Part shown: piece after piece, positions 26,037 through 38,814 of the stretch
How positions within the stretch are numbered: the stretch's first letter is position 1
How the letters are laid out: each line of letters starts with the position of its first letter
DNA from: Octopus vulgaris
Taxonomy: Eukaryota
Direction of reading: 5' to 3'
DNA length: 64,000 nucleotides
Assembly: GCA_951406725.2 (NCBI GenBank)
Contig: OX597814.1
Span: 81,778,001 to 81,842,000 of the forward strand
Notes under the pieces: generated by a model
Databases searched by the model: none
Told to the model about the DNA's origin: nothing
What the model saw: the letters and a program-made list of their open reading frames with translations, nothing else
Made by a program: the position numbers and the translations under genes

Positions 26037-26842
26037 GGGGTAGGGAGGGAGAGAGAGTAAGAGAGAAAGGGAGAGAGTGAGGTTATATATGATGTAAGTC
26101 GCTTCAAAAAGATTAGGGCTGCCGAGAGTGCAATGACGCGACACTTTACACGAACCATATCCGCATATAGCGAGCCGATTCTACGAACGCATACATTTAT
26201 ATATGTATATCTATGTAAGTGTGTGTTTGCTTAACAACTGCTGCTGCTCAACTGTGTTGCTGCTACAGATGCTGCTGCTTCGCACATAACAAGGGCGACT
26301 ATACTTGTTAATGAGCCGCAGCGTATAGATATGGTTAAAAATATCCGCAATAAAATTATGGTATGGCTTGCTCGGCATCACATTGCCTCACTTGGCCAAA
26401 TGCAAAATCACAAAAATCAAAGCAAATACTAAGATCATTTGATATTAGAAATTGTTGTAGATCAATAAAACAGCCAAGTTTTCATTTGGCGTGATCATTT
26501 CCTTGCCAGACAACATTCACCAAAATCAAAGCACACAAGCATTCTTATCACTATCACTACCAATGGTCTTACAGTGTGATCCTTTACCAGCTCGAGGATT
26601 TTTATGTTCTCATGCACTATTCACAATACATGAGGTCGATTTATCCTTTTGACTGATTTTGTCTTAGTCCTGCTGAGTGTCTAGAAACCTATATCAAGCT
26701 ACTTTGGCGGTGTCGGTTTAGTGACCTGCTATCTGATCTGGTTGTACTTAACATTGCACTTTTAATGGCTGAATCTAGCACATACATACATACATACAAA
26801 CATACATACATACATACATACACACATACATACATACATACA

Positions 26843-26873
<31 letters not shown>

Positions 26874-27001
26874 GCATGCATGCATGCATGCATGCATGCA
26901 TACATACACAGACACATGCGTGCGTGCACATGTGTGTGTATGTGTGTATATATACTATACACATACAAACATACACACACGCAGACACACGTGCACGCAG
27001 T

Positions 27002-27038
<37 letters not shown>

Positions 27039-27040
<2 letters not shown>

Positions 27041-27357
27041 AGGCGCAATGGCCCAGTGGTTAGGGCAGCGGACTCGCGGTTGTAGGATCACGGTTTCCAT
27101 TCCCAGACCGGGCGTTGTAAGTGTTTATTGAGCGAAAACACCTAAAGCTCCACGCGGCTCCGGCAGGGGGTGGTGGCGATAATACCATACCAAATTCTGG
27201 TGGCGATCCCTGCTGTACTCGTTCGCCACAACTTTCTCTCACTCTTTCTTCTGTTGGCCTACTCGCTTAGCCAGCGGGGTGGCGTCATTTGAAGTCTAAA
27301 ACAATTTGAAGCGATGTGTAGCAACATCTGATAGCCTGGTCACGGTGATCACGGTGA
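27039..27357 (+). mobile_element. tRNA-derived SINE, family C
   Basis: Head GGCGCAATGGCCCAGTGGTTAGGGC (A box) with a degenerate B box, flanked by (TA)n. A partial inverse copy of its tail is at about 49990-50105. Confidence 0.75.
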
Positions 27358-27629
27358 TATATATATACACATGTGTTTGTATATATAATATTTAAATGGG
27401 ATTAAAATCAGAGCTATGTCATCATAGCTTTATATGACTGCTTTATATAGCACCTAATCAGTGCTACTGACTAGAGAAACCGGTTACGTCTTTTCCGAGG
27501 AATGGTCAAGAAACCGCGAAATGGTTCGTCAGGAGACTATCTCCCTCTTTTTTCGCTTAGAAAGAATATATTTTCAGTCTTAGTTCTTCCGATTTACACT
27601 GTGGTGTTTACAATATATATATTCACTCG

Positions 27630-27997
27630 GACGTGAAAAGACCTTCTGCTGCGGAAATAGACCTTGAAGGAAATTCTCATCCTAGACGAAACGTGCGAAA
27701 ATACATATTGGGTTGTGAATGATGTCACTGGATCGCAGAGCACATGCGCTTTTGCGTTCTTTTATGTCGTCAACTATGAACATCAAAGCTATCATTCTAG
27801 TAAAAATAAATTCGTTCATATCGGACAGTGAATGACAAATTTAGTGATCGTAGTTGATAGTACAAAAGACCTTAGAAACGTATGCGTCCTATGATCTAAT
27901 GACGTCACCGACAGCCTAATTTGTGTTGTCACAACTGTTGTATTGTAGGAGAATTTTCTCCCGAGTCTATTTCTGCAGCGGAAGGTCTTCTAACGTC
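27630..27997. repeat. old foldback with imperfect arms of about 170 bp
   Basis: 27630-27797 aligns almost gap-free to the reverse complement of 27830-27997 at roughly 70% identity. Confidence 0.75.
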
Positions 27998-28026
27998 CAA
28001 AGTTCTCACAAGTGTTCAGTATTTAA

Positions 28027-28539
28027 CCCCTTGGCAACGGTTGACGCAAATGTGCGATCACACTGTTGCTTGCCTACCCGCGGTTAACGTAAATATATGG
28101 ATGTAGAGCCGCCCTACATCTATCGCGGACTTTGTAGCGGCTGACGTATGTTTACGTTCGCTATCATGTACTTTATCTCTTGAAGTGCGCGCGATCGCCG
28201 TCCCGTGCATTATCTTAGCTATTTTAGGTTATGTTCAAATCATGAGACTAGCAGTAGACCAATGACATACGGATACTTTACATGCATAATACCGTGTTTT
28301 GAGTTGTACCATACGCAAGCTATTTTTTAAACTCGTGCATATCATATTATGATAAATAGCTTCACATAGTTCGTTTACATAAGCCGGTAGACGTAGATGT
28401 ACGACGCTATGTTATTGTAACAGTGAACGTAAATAAACGCGAGCTCGTTGGCACTTGTGTGTTTGTGTGGCCTCATTAGATAAAAAAAAAAAACCGGAGC
28501 AGTGTCTCGCATGCTTCTGGTAATACCGGCATCAAGAGG
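28027..28539. mobile_element. piggyBac-type non-autonomous element
   Basis: TTAA|CCCCTTGGCAACGGT...ACCGGCATCAAGAGG|TTAA, giving imperfect TIRs and a TTAA TSD. Confidence 0.65.
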
Positions 28540-28604
28540 TTAAATACGATTTTACACGAATATTTTTGCATTGAACGCTGCTTCGTGTAACTTCATATAT
28601 ATAA

Positions 28605-28695
28605 GCCCGGGTTCGATTCCCGGCATGGGAACACAATTTCGCTGGTGGTGCCAGGGCATGGCCACAACCTTAGGACTGAAACATATAAAATAAAA

Positions 28696-28700
<5 letters not shown>
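28605..28700 (+). mobile_element. 5'-truncated short SINE with a tRNA(Glu)-like 3' half and a SINE/LINE tail
   Basis: GCCCGGGTTCGATTCCCGGCATGGGAA is a T-arm plus acceptor 3' strand resembling eukaryotic tRNA-Glu. It is followed by GCATGGCCACAACCTTAGGACTGAAACAT, a tail also seen at 3425-3475. Confidence 0.6.
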
Positions 28701-28752
<52 letters not shown>

Positions 28753-28983
28753 TGTGTTATGACCATTTATAGAACACGTATCCTCCAGTATACATGAAAT
28801 GTATAAATGTATATACATATTTTTCAATAATATTCTTTTCTTATATTGGAGATTTATACATTTGAATTACTTCTCGTATCTTTATTATACTAAATTTTGT
28901 TTTTGCACCTATCACTCCATAATAATAAAAACACTTTTTTTATTACATCCACTTTCACCACTACATTATATAAGTTAGAAAAC

Positions 28984-29049
<66 letters not shown>

Positions 29050-29785
29050 AAATTGAGGATAAAATCTTTATAAGAAATTATCAGTAGTTAGCGTGAAAAA
29101 CCTCATAAGAGAAAAAATCCGTATATATATATATATCACTACAGTCTTGTAGCTCTTTTATCTATATCTAGATTCTCAATTCATGTTGCAATTTTTAAAA
29201 ATATATAACATAGTTAACATTAAAATATAAAAACGTGTATTTCTTCGAAAAATCTTTCTTACGAAGTTACCTTAGCATTATCTCCCCTCCATTGTAACCT
29301 TCAAACCTCTCAAATAAACTTTTTATTACCGTACGTTTTTTTAAAAAATAATTTTAACCACAGCAAGTATTTTCTCTCTCAATTCTGTAATATTAACAAC
29401 AATTCTTCTTTTTTTTCATCCTTCTTAGACTTATTTTACACAAACAAATATAATGTTTTTTAACTAATAATAAATATTTTTTTCTAATTATATCAACGTA
29501 ATAATTACTCCCTCACAACCCTAAAAAATTTTTTTGTCTTGAATTTCAAGTAATTTACATAAAATTATATTAACTACTTACATTTCTTATTATAGAAATT
29601 CTTTTTAAAAACAATTTCTTTTTAATATACACCATAATTTATTTTCATTTTTTTTCATTGTATACCACTCATAACTGTCAAATCATATATAAATTTAAAT
29701 ATGGCTATGCTGTCTTATTGGACTCTTATTTATTTATATGTATACACACATATATATGCATATATATACGCATGTATATATATGA

Positions 29786-29822
<37 letters not shown>

Positions 29823-30193
29823 TTTTGTGTGTGTATATATACATGTACATATATGTATTATATTTTACAGTAATATGTAATTAATTTAATTATAATTATA
29901 ATCGAATTAATTTTAAATTTTTTCCATGTTTCTTACATGTTAATATTATCATTCGAAACGATCATATGCATGGATTAAAATTTTATAAAACTTTTAACAC
30001 CTTATTTAATTGTTTGTTGAGCCTCTATAGGATACGTGTTCTATTAATGCTCATAACATACCTTATATTTGTAACATTTTCATATTAAAAAAAAATACAA
30101 TAATAAGCTACCAATTTAATATGAAGAATCTTTATTAGAAATCTAACTTTGGAACCCCACAAAGTAAAGGATGAAAAAGAACTCAACTTTTTC

Positions 30194-31396
30194 CCATTTC
30201 CGCTCCACCGGTCACTCCTTGCAACACCTGTCTGTGTTCGGTTTGTCCTTGCACAGAGGCCATCCGGATTCCCGTTTGCGCCGTGAACAGGAATTAATCT
30301 TCTCTCTTCGCTCTTTTACGCCATTTGGTCTCAACTCCCCCCCTTCCTCATCTAACCCCCTCTCCCCCCGACCCCTACTTCTCTCCAGTCCTTCATCCTT
30401 TCACCCCTACTCCCTTTCCCTCCTCTTCCCTTCTTCCCTCTTTCTTCTTCCCCTTCCCTCTTTCTCTCTTATCCCTCACTCCCCTTCTCTCTCCCTCTCC
30501 CCCTCTCCCTCTATCCTCCCCTCCTCTCCCTCTATCCTCCCCCTCCTCTCCCCTCCTCTTCTCCTCTCCTTCCTTCTCCCCTTCGCTCTCCTCCTCTTCT
30601 CCTCTTTCCTTCTCCCTCCCCCTCCCCCCTAATCTCATCTCCCCCCACCCTCATCTCATCTCACCCTCACCACCCCTCCTTCTTTCCTTCTCCCCCTCCT
30701 CACTCTCACCTTTCCCCTTCTCCCTCCTCACTCTCACCTTTCCCCTTCTCCCTCCTCACTCTCATCTTTCCCCTTCTCCCTCCTCTTCTCCTCTTTCCTT
30801 TCCCCCTCTTCCTCTCTCCCACTCTCCCCCTCCCATCTCTCCCCCCTCATCTCGCCTCTCCTCTCTCTCCCCCTTACCTCCCCTCCTCCCCTTATATCCT
30901 CCCTCCTCCTCCCCTCTCCTCCTCATCTCCTCTCTCTACACTACACCATACGACTTTACACATCACCCCTCCCCCTCCCCCTCATCTCCTCTCTCTACAC
31001 TACACCATACGACTTTACACATCACATCATATATACATACACACGTCCAGACTTCTCATACGCACTACATACTCTCTCATACACACACACACTCTTATGT
31101 TGGGGCGAGGTCATTTAACCCTGTTATCTCCCCTAATTTCGCTCTTGCGTCTCACGTTTGATCTTTGACTTCTGGCCGAAATCAGATCGCCATGTTGATT
31201 CGCTAGCCTCTGCACGCATTTTTCTCTCTCCTTGTTTCTTTCTGTGTTTCTTTTCTGTGTATCTTTCTGTTGAAGAGCGTAGGCTCGAAACGTAAAAGAC
31301 TTATTTTATTTATATTCCTGAGCGCCATACTAATACAATTGTTTGTTTGTATTCCACCTGCCTTCGTCTTTTGTTTATTTTCATAAAGCTTCCCGT
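30194..31396 (+). mobile_element. Penelope-like element (Neptune-type) 3' fragment
   Basis: HFRSTGHSLQHLSVFGL...RLRREQELIFSLRSFTPFGLN is near-identical to 43734-43880. It has a polypyrimidine tract and an HHR, and ends at (TA)n. Confidence 0.85.
31262..31300 (+). ncRNA. minimal type I hammerhead ribozyme (core CUGUUGA)
   Basis: TCTTT-CTGTTGA-A-GAGC-GTAG-GCTC-GAAAC-GTA-AAAGA. Stem I TCTTT/AAAGA, stem II GAGC/GCTC, palindromic ACGT stem III. Confidence 0.7.
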
Positions 31397-31414
31397 TATA
31401 TATATATATATATA

Positions 31415-31620
31415 ATCCAAAAAACGAAGAAAAACACAAGAAAAAGGCAACAACGCGAGCATGTGGTACATGTAAAGTATTAACAGACTCTCAGGGAAGG
31501 AAAGAAAGGTTGTTTTACGTTTCGAGCAAAGCTCTTCTTCAGAAGCAGGAGACAGAGGAAAGTCTAAGAGAAAAGGAAGACGGGGGAAAAATCGCCAACA
31601 ATTCACATGTAGTTACATAC
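31415..31620 (-). mobile_element. Penelope-like element 3' terminus (second family)
   Basis: Homologous to 63454-63649. It carries an HHR and ends at the same (TA)n as the 30194 element. Confidence 0.65.
31512..31546 (-). ncRNA. minimal type I hammerhead ribozyme (core CUGAAGA)
   Basis: Minus strand GCTT-CTGAAGA-A-GAGC-TTT-GCTC-GAAAC-GTA-AAAC. Confidence 0.7.
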
Positions 31621-31869
31621 ACTGGCTTGAGAACAAAATTTGCTTAGGGGATGCAAACCTAGAGCCAATTTTCTTTTACAAATAAGGTCTTATTGTTTTT
31701 GTTCTTTGTTCTTTGAGAAGAAACCAAACTTCAAGCTACTTTTTACAGATCACTTTTAACGCACTGTTTTCTAAACTTGAGAAAAATAAGTAGGAGTGCA
31801 AATTTTGATTCTGCACCCCCAAAATATTGCAGCCCCTGTTCCTCGGGCCCATAAGCTTTAAACAGCGAT

Positions 31870-33150
31870 ATGCTACTCATCTCAATTCTTTTAGATACGA
31901 AAAACAGTAAATCCACAACACTCGACAGTTACATGCATCATCTCAAAAATAGAAATATTCCCTACATTTTGTCATGGTCAATAATAGATTCAAGGCTTCC
32001 TTACCAACGTCAACGCTTAGCCTGTAAGTTATGCCTGAAAGAGTCATTCCACATATTAAAACACAACTCCTCGACACGGCTAAATAAATATAATGTACAT
32101 GCAACCATTACTTTTTTCATATCTTCAAGTTTTACTACAAATCTAAATGCAACCTAAGTAACCACATAGCATATATCCACAACACCCCTTAGGTAATCCC
32201 CAACAACCCTACTTAACTTTCCTCCTCTCTGATTCCGACTTATCACACTAACCTATCACATACGTCTATTTATAGAAATTTGACAGCTTTGTACTCTTCC
32301 CTCCACTTTAAATTTTACTACTAAAACTACTACTCACTTTGGCATCACCACACTCATACCTTTTCTCTAACCACCCCTTAATACAGCCCTATCATATCAC
32401 CCCTACTCATATCTCACTCCTTACCATCTCATCTCTTCCTATCTACCTCCCCACTCCTCTCCCATCCTCCCCTCACATTATCTTGACTACCAGCTTACAC
32501 TCCTTTTCTCCACTTCTTTCACCCTTTCTTCACTTTTTCGTTTCCTTTTTTTTCACTCTTTTCACCTTCTCTCTCTCTTTTCTTTTCTCCCTCTTTTTAT
32601 CATAGTTTTTTCTTTTTCTTTGTTTCTCTCTTTCTTCCTCTCATTTTCTTTTCCTGTCTTCATTTTAATCTATCTCTTCATTCAAATCATACACATCTCC
32701 CTCTCCCATCTATCATCTGTCTACAAATACTACCAATACAATCTCAAATTTTCATTCACACCACAAAACCCCTTCGAAAGAGCAACACAAAATTCACGGC
32801 TTTATACTTAGATATGACTAAATATGAACTACTATTAGAATTTACATACCATGTACAAGAAACTTTTTTACCACTTCTATACACCACTTTACTCGAATAA
32901 TGGAACTGCAACTACAATGTTTTATATTTTATATCTACTTTCATTCTCTTATATTCCACTATATTCCCTATCTCCTCATTTTCCACAATAATTCCTTATT
33001 TCGAACTCAGACATTCACCTCTATTTAAACATCGTCTCTGATGAAAGGATATCCATAATATCCCAGAAACAGCTGTAAGACTATATATATATATCTTTCT
33101 TTATAAATGTCCTGAAAACTCCTCACAGCCTTGACTTTGTTATCTCTTTG

Positions 33151-33151
<1 letters not shown>
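31870..33151 (+). mobile_element. Penelope-like element 3' fragment (third family, GIY-YIG C-terminus)
   Basis: STTLDSYMHHLKNRNIPYILSWSII...CKLCLKESFHILK...LNK resembles the C-terminus of PLE endonucleases. A pyrimidine-rich UTR, an HHR and (TA)n follow. Confidence 0.7.
33034..33081 (+). ncRNA. minimal type I hammerhead ribozyme (canonical CUGAUGA core)
   Basis: GTCT-CTGATGA-AA-GGATAT-CCATA-ATATCC-CA-GAAAC-AGCT-GTA-AGAC. Stem I GTCT/AGAC, 6-bp stem II, palindromic ACAGCTGT stem III, GUA cleavage triplet. Confidence 0.8.
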
Positions 33152-33184
<33 letters not shown>

Positions 33185-33384
33185 CAAATAAGAAAATGGA
33201 GAAACAAATTTAGTTTGTTCGTCAACTTACGGATATTATTATGTTAGATTATTTCATCATTTTACAAACGAGAACATCAAAAGCATACAAAATATTATAT
33301 AAATCACACATATATATATATGTATATATGTATATATATATATGTCTGTGTGTATGTATGTATGTATGTATGTATGTATGTATG

Positions 33385-33468
<84 letters not shown>

Positions 33469-34387
33469 ATGTGTGTGTGTGTGTGTGTACATTCACACAT
33501 ATATACATTAGGTTGGCGCAAATTGAGCAAACATGATTAACGAAATTCCCTCCATAACCATCACGTCTCTTTAGCATGTCATGTACTACATTGTTCAGTT
33601 GTCTTTCTTTGTTTTCTTCCACCGTCATTTGAGGGAAATTTGGTTAGTATTTCTACCAGGTTATGCAATCCGTGCTGAGCATTTTATTCTTTTGTTTGAC
33701 CACCCGGGAAATAATCATTGAAAGTTAATTTTCCAGCTGTCCCGTTTGTTCTTCGCTGTTCCTTTTGGTCTTCTTGTTTCTGTGATTGTTGTATAATTGA
33801 AAATGGCAGCAACATCAAGGATGGTGAATGAACACCTCACCAGAATGGATAAAAAACATTTAGCGTTGAGACATGGTTGGTCAGTCTTTTCCCCCTTTTC
33901 CAGTCAGCTTCAGTCAAAATATATATACGAACTGATGGCATTTGTTGTCCACTGACTGATATAGGGAACGAAGCGTGAAGCAATTGGATAAACGCGTGGT
34001 CTATTGATTACGGATGACAAATGGCAAGGAATGTCTTTTATTTGCTTGGTTGCAGGTTTTGTTTGTTTGTTTGTTTGTTTCTTTCTTTCTTCCTTCAGGT
34101 CTACATAGGTTGTTGTTGTTAGTTAACCTCAGGTCAACATCAATCGAGCAGGCCTATAATCACAGGCATTGCAGCTGTAACCACTATATTTTAACTTTTT
34201 TCTAGGCTAAATGTACCGCGACTACAATGTCCAAATCTCTCTCTCTCCCTCTCTCTTTAAGACGGTAAGGTGTAAGGAAGATTTGGCTACTACATACAAG
34301 CTTCTTTGCTAGCTCGTACGGGTCAGTAGGCTATTTCTCAATGGGTGGGTGAGACTGAAGGTGAGCCAGAGAATCAGAGAAAGAAAT

Positions 34388-34442
<55 letters not shown>

Positions 34443-34836
34443 GATTAGAGACAGAATACGTATTTTATTATGAAGCATGTTAGCTTCAAGTGACAAGAAA
34501 TATTTAATCACCTTCAACTCGCTGACGGTATTTCTTGATGTCTAAATTTTTAACCTAGACAAAAGGGGAAGGAATAGCCGATCATATTTGACTGATACTT
34601 TTAAAGAACACACCAAAATACCGCAAGATATTCTGTTGGTCACTCTACCGTTTCTGCAAAATCGTGGCACTTTATATACCTCTACAAAAGATTTCTTACA
34701 ACTGTATACGGTGTATGAATAAGGTATGCATAAATATTAATACATACATACATACATACATACATACATACATACATACATACATACATACATACAAACA
34801 TACATACATACATACATACATACATACATACATACA

Positions 34837-35487
34837 TGATGATGGCTGCCCCCTCGTTATCGAGTATGGCCATTGCACGAAGCTTAACTGTTATTGGTGC
34901 TGTGATCGAATGTGACTTTTATTTGCTTTTTAAGGCTACAGCTAGCCATTCAGTTGAGACTCACAGCACCATCAACAATCATGAACAATGTTGTTATCGT
35001 GCAATGCCCGTGCAAGAAGATTTTTTTAAAGTGAGGAAAGGCTGTGCACTGAGTCAATCCCACTCACTAAGCAACAGCAGCCATAATCCGAAAAGAAGAC
35101 CAAGTCAACATCATCGGTAACCACTGAGCCGCAGGTTTTATGTCGGAGTTATCCCAGTTATCTGAGTTACCTTCTCCTAGAAGGATGCCCTAACAAAGGC
35201 TAGGAGTCCTTCACTCCCAATGGTTTAACCGCGCGATCGGGTATTCAGTCCGATTATTTCTATGTCCTCGTGCATGATACAGCCTTAAGCCGTAAGAGAA
35301 AAAAAAATACACATTTATCGGATGGCCGTTGACTCTCAAGAGTTTCTCCGCCCTTTGACGGGTTTTGTTTTTCATCCCGCAGGGTGTCCAATAATCACCC
35401 TCCTCACCAAGCAAACTTGGTGGGGTTGCCAGTTTAGTCGCCGACGGCCCGACCATGCAACAGGTTGTACTGGGTTACATGTTACCA
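34837..35487 (-). mobile_element. non-autonomous RTE-derived element (5' UTR joined to 3' tail)
   Basis: The minus strand has the RTE 5' UTR-like motif GGGCATCCTTCTAGGAGAAGGTAACTC and ends CGAGGGGGCAGCCATCATC. It is inserted in (TACA)n and has no ORF. Confidence 0.5.
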
Positions 35488-36279
35488 TACATACATACAT
35501 AAAATCCACTTATTTGCTGCTCTGTGCAAATTCATAAAATATTCTCAAGATTCTCTATCTGAGATTCTTTAAATCAAAGGTTCTCAACAGGACCATATGC
35601 CCACCGGATAGTGGGGGGGGGGGCGTTTTGAAGCAAAGTGACACTATGGGGATGTTATGAGACTGGGGGTGGGCTTTGGTGGTAGTGGAGTTGGAAGACC
35701 CTCAACTTTGGTAAGTTTAATTTGAAATGAGTAGTAGCCATATTTTCACATCTCTGCGACACTTTTTCTACTTTGACGACACTGGTGTTGCTAAAGTGAA
35801 ACCCCTAAAACAAAAACTAAGATTAGATGAATAGTGACAGACGACTAAAAGAAAAAAAAAAGTAATAAATAAAAGCGGAAAGCTGAATGTGTGTGTTTGT
35901 GTGCATATATATAAATAATGGTGGTTAGAATTTTGGATCAAACTGGCTTTTGGTAGTGGCTGATAGGTATGTATTTGTGTATGTGTGTGTATGTATGGGT
36001 ATGTTTGTAAGTATATGACTGCGTGTGTTGCCGCTTTGAATTCCTTTCTGCGATTGAACTTAAATTGACCTCTGGCTATTAAAGACCCAACCACACACAC
36101 ACACACACATACACACATACACACACACACATACACACACACACATGAACGGGCGGAATTATGATGTAAGTACGTGATAAAACCCCTCATAACGTGTCTT
36201 CTGCATAATGGAATTTATACGATTATGCAAAAAAAAAAAAAAAAATTTTAATTCATGATTTTAAAATACTGGGAAACGT

Positions 36280-37370
36280 GATAAAATTGTCTCCATGTCG
36301 GCTGCCCTACAGAATAATATTCAGTGAAGTGTGTCATGATAGACGCTCAGCCAGAAGGCAGTCCTTACACCGCTGCCGCGAACTCGTGCAGTCAGCAGTA
36401 ACGTCTCCCAGGCTTTCTGGTTTGACCTTGCACTTCCTCAAAGCGCTCTTTATAACGCTCTTTATAACTATTATAACGGTTTTTTAGCCCTCTAACTGAG
36501 TGTCGACCATATCATGCCTGGCCATATACTCTCTGGGGAGTAGTTGACATAGAGACACCTTTATCACGTTCTTCAGTAGCTGTAGTTGGCATTGAGTGAT
36601 CATAGATTCAATACTTTTTTGTTAGTTTTTGTGTTTCAGTGTGAAGTACACGATCACACCTGACAATTCCTAAGATGTGCTGTCGGAAACTCTCGAGGAA
36701 ACATTGAAAGGACATAATGGGACGATTGTTGATCACCTAAGCTTGACAGCTATAGAGTAGGGAAGTGATACAGACCGCTTGATATACAGTGACTTTTATG
36801 GAGGAATGAAGGCTCTTGTCCTTAAATGCTGCTCGCGAATTATTATTGATATAAATATGAAAATGGAGGTATCGAAGAAGTTGTCCATAATAATTCTCTT
36901 TCTCTTTGGTTTTGAAAATGTAGATCAGCTGACCTCTATGACGGTATATACTTTTTCTTGTTTGTTCCAAACAACAATACCTAGCCTGGTATGTTTAGAC
37001 CTGACATGTTTTGATGGGAATGTTCTACCAATATTCTTTGTTTAGATGTTTGTGTATGTATTCAATAACATGGAAATTTTCTATATTTATTCCAGGAGAG
37101 TCTTTTTTCCGAATAGCATTGTATATTGTTTCTGCAACAACATCATGTCGCATTTTGGGGCGTTTGCTAATGTGTGATCTTCAACCAAAAATACAATCAA
37201 ATTAACATTTTCGGTTGCGTCTTGAAGTTCTAAAGGCTTCACTGTTTTTTGTTTTGTTTTGTTTTGTTTATTAGGTATGTTGTAGCAATCTCCTGTTCTT
37301 GGATTGCAAATGCAATAACCTTCGAAGTGTGATGTGATGTAGCGGTTACGAGTCCAAGAGAGGCTGCGCT
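36280..37370 (-). mobile_element. decayed RTE (BovB-like) LINE
   Basis: IKVTVYQAVCITSLLYSCQA matches the RTE post-RT motif TK..VY.AVV...LLYG.E.W. Further frameshifted C-terminal remnants follow. Confidence 0.6.
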
Positions 37371-37752
37371 TCATGTCGATATTACTGTTTCTTCAAGTCT
37401 TTTATGTATGTATGTATGTATGTATGTATGTATGTATGTATGTATGTATGTTATTCAGTTCTTGCCAATAGAGGAATCGGTTTCTAACATCAGCCGGGTA
37501 TTTTTGCATATATGTGTATATGTTATGTGCAGTATTCTGGAGTCAGTACATGTGCAGATTTGTATGTTTTGTTTTATGTATGTATTCTCATGCATATCGA
37601 TGCATCTCGAAACATGTGCATATGTACTTAAATGATAAACTTCTGTAAAGTCTTACATATTTTTACTGTTCCAGTGATGGCTTCATCAGTAGGCTTCGAA
37701 TCAGCTTTCTCCCTTCTGGTTTTGAGAAGCCTATTTTCTCAAGATTGGTAAG

Positions 37753-38066
37753 GTATGTATGTATGTATGTATGTATGTATGTATGTATGTATGTATGTAT
37801 GTATGTATGTATGTATGTATGTATGTATGTATGCGTGAAAGCACGTGGCTTAGTGATTAGGGTTCCGTTGATCGGATCAACTGGAACCCTCGTCGTCGTA
37901 ACCGACGGAGTGCCAGTTATGTATGTATGTATGTATGTATGTATGTATGTATGTATGTATGTATGTATGTATGTATGTATGTATGTATGTATGTATGTAT
38001 GTATGTATGCATGCATGCATGTATGTATGTATGTATGTATGTATGTATGTATGTATGTATGTATGT
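37753..38066. repeat. (TATG)n tract interrupted by an 85-bp internally deleted SINE (37833-37918)
   Basis: The insert has an A-box head GTGGCTTAGTGATTAGGGT joined to a hairpin-containing tail. Confidence 0.7.
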
Positions 38067-38814
38067 TCCACTATCTCTCTTTCGATGTTTTTTTTTCTTC
38101 TCTTTCCTCAGTTTCTTTTACCATTAGTACTACTTATTATTTTCTTACGGGTGTCATTCTGAAAATTGTTAGATGATATATCGTCAAATGGCGGTGAGTG
38201 GTTGCGGGCTGCTGGACGCGGTAGTCATCAATCGCATGAGACAACCACTTCCGGCCGGTCAGTCACTTAACGACGCAACAAAGCGTATGACAAGAACGCA
38301 CCACTACCCAGTCTGACTGAAATCCATATTTGGTGGAAGCAGTTTTATTCAATCTGATAACTTCATTTAGTATATCTTTACACGACCTCCCGCTTCACAT
38401 ACATGTTTTTGTTGATCTTTTACAGAAAAAAAAGAAAGAAAAAAAGGAAAACAAAACAATGAAAACTCGAATAATTTAATAGACTGTCAAAAATTGAATA
38501 TATATTCAGATATCTCGTAACAAGCAGTAGTAATCACAGCAACGATTGGGTAGTGAACCCAAGCCAAAGCATGAAATTTCACATACCCACTGGACTTGCT
38601 AGAAATAGCAGCCAAATCTACTTCCGATCGTACCTTATCTCTTTAAAAATGGCAAAATGTGAATCAAGGATACTGTAGTTCTATATATGTTAAATAGAAG
38701 GCTTCTGAAGTTATGTGCCTAATTTTCAATTAAAATAACTAATGACTACGTGAAATTATTACAACAGCATTCAATAAACTACGAAAATACTGGCAGTAAT
38801 TTTAATATAACTAA

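Noticed and set aside
27470-27490. CTGACTAGAGAAACCGGTT as a hammerhead
   Set aside because: No stem II and an incomplete core. At best a deleted relic.
28605-28631. Functional tRNA gene
   Set aside because: Only the 3' half is present and it is fused to a SINE tail.
30325-31161. 278-aa Pro/Ser/Leu-rich ORF, and similar ones at 11976-12539 and 43865-44293
   Set aside because: Stop-free polypyrimidine tracts in PLE 3' UTRs.
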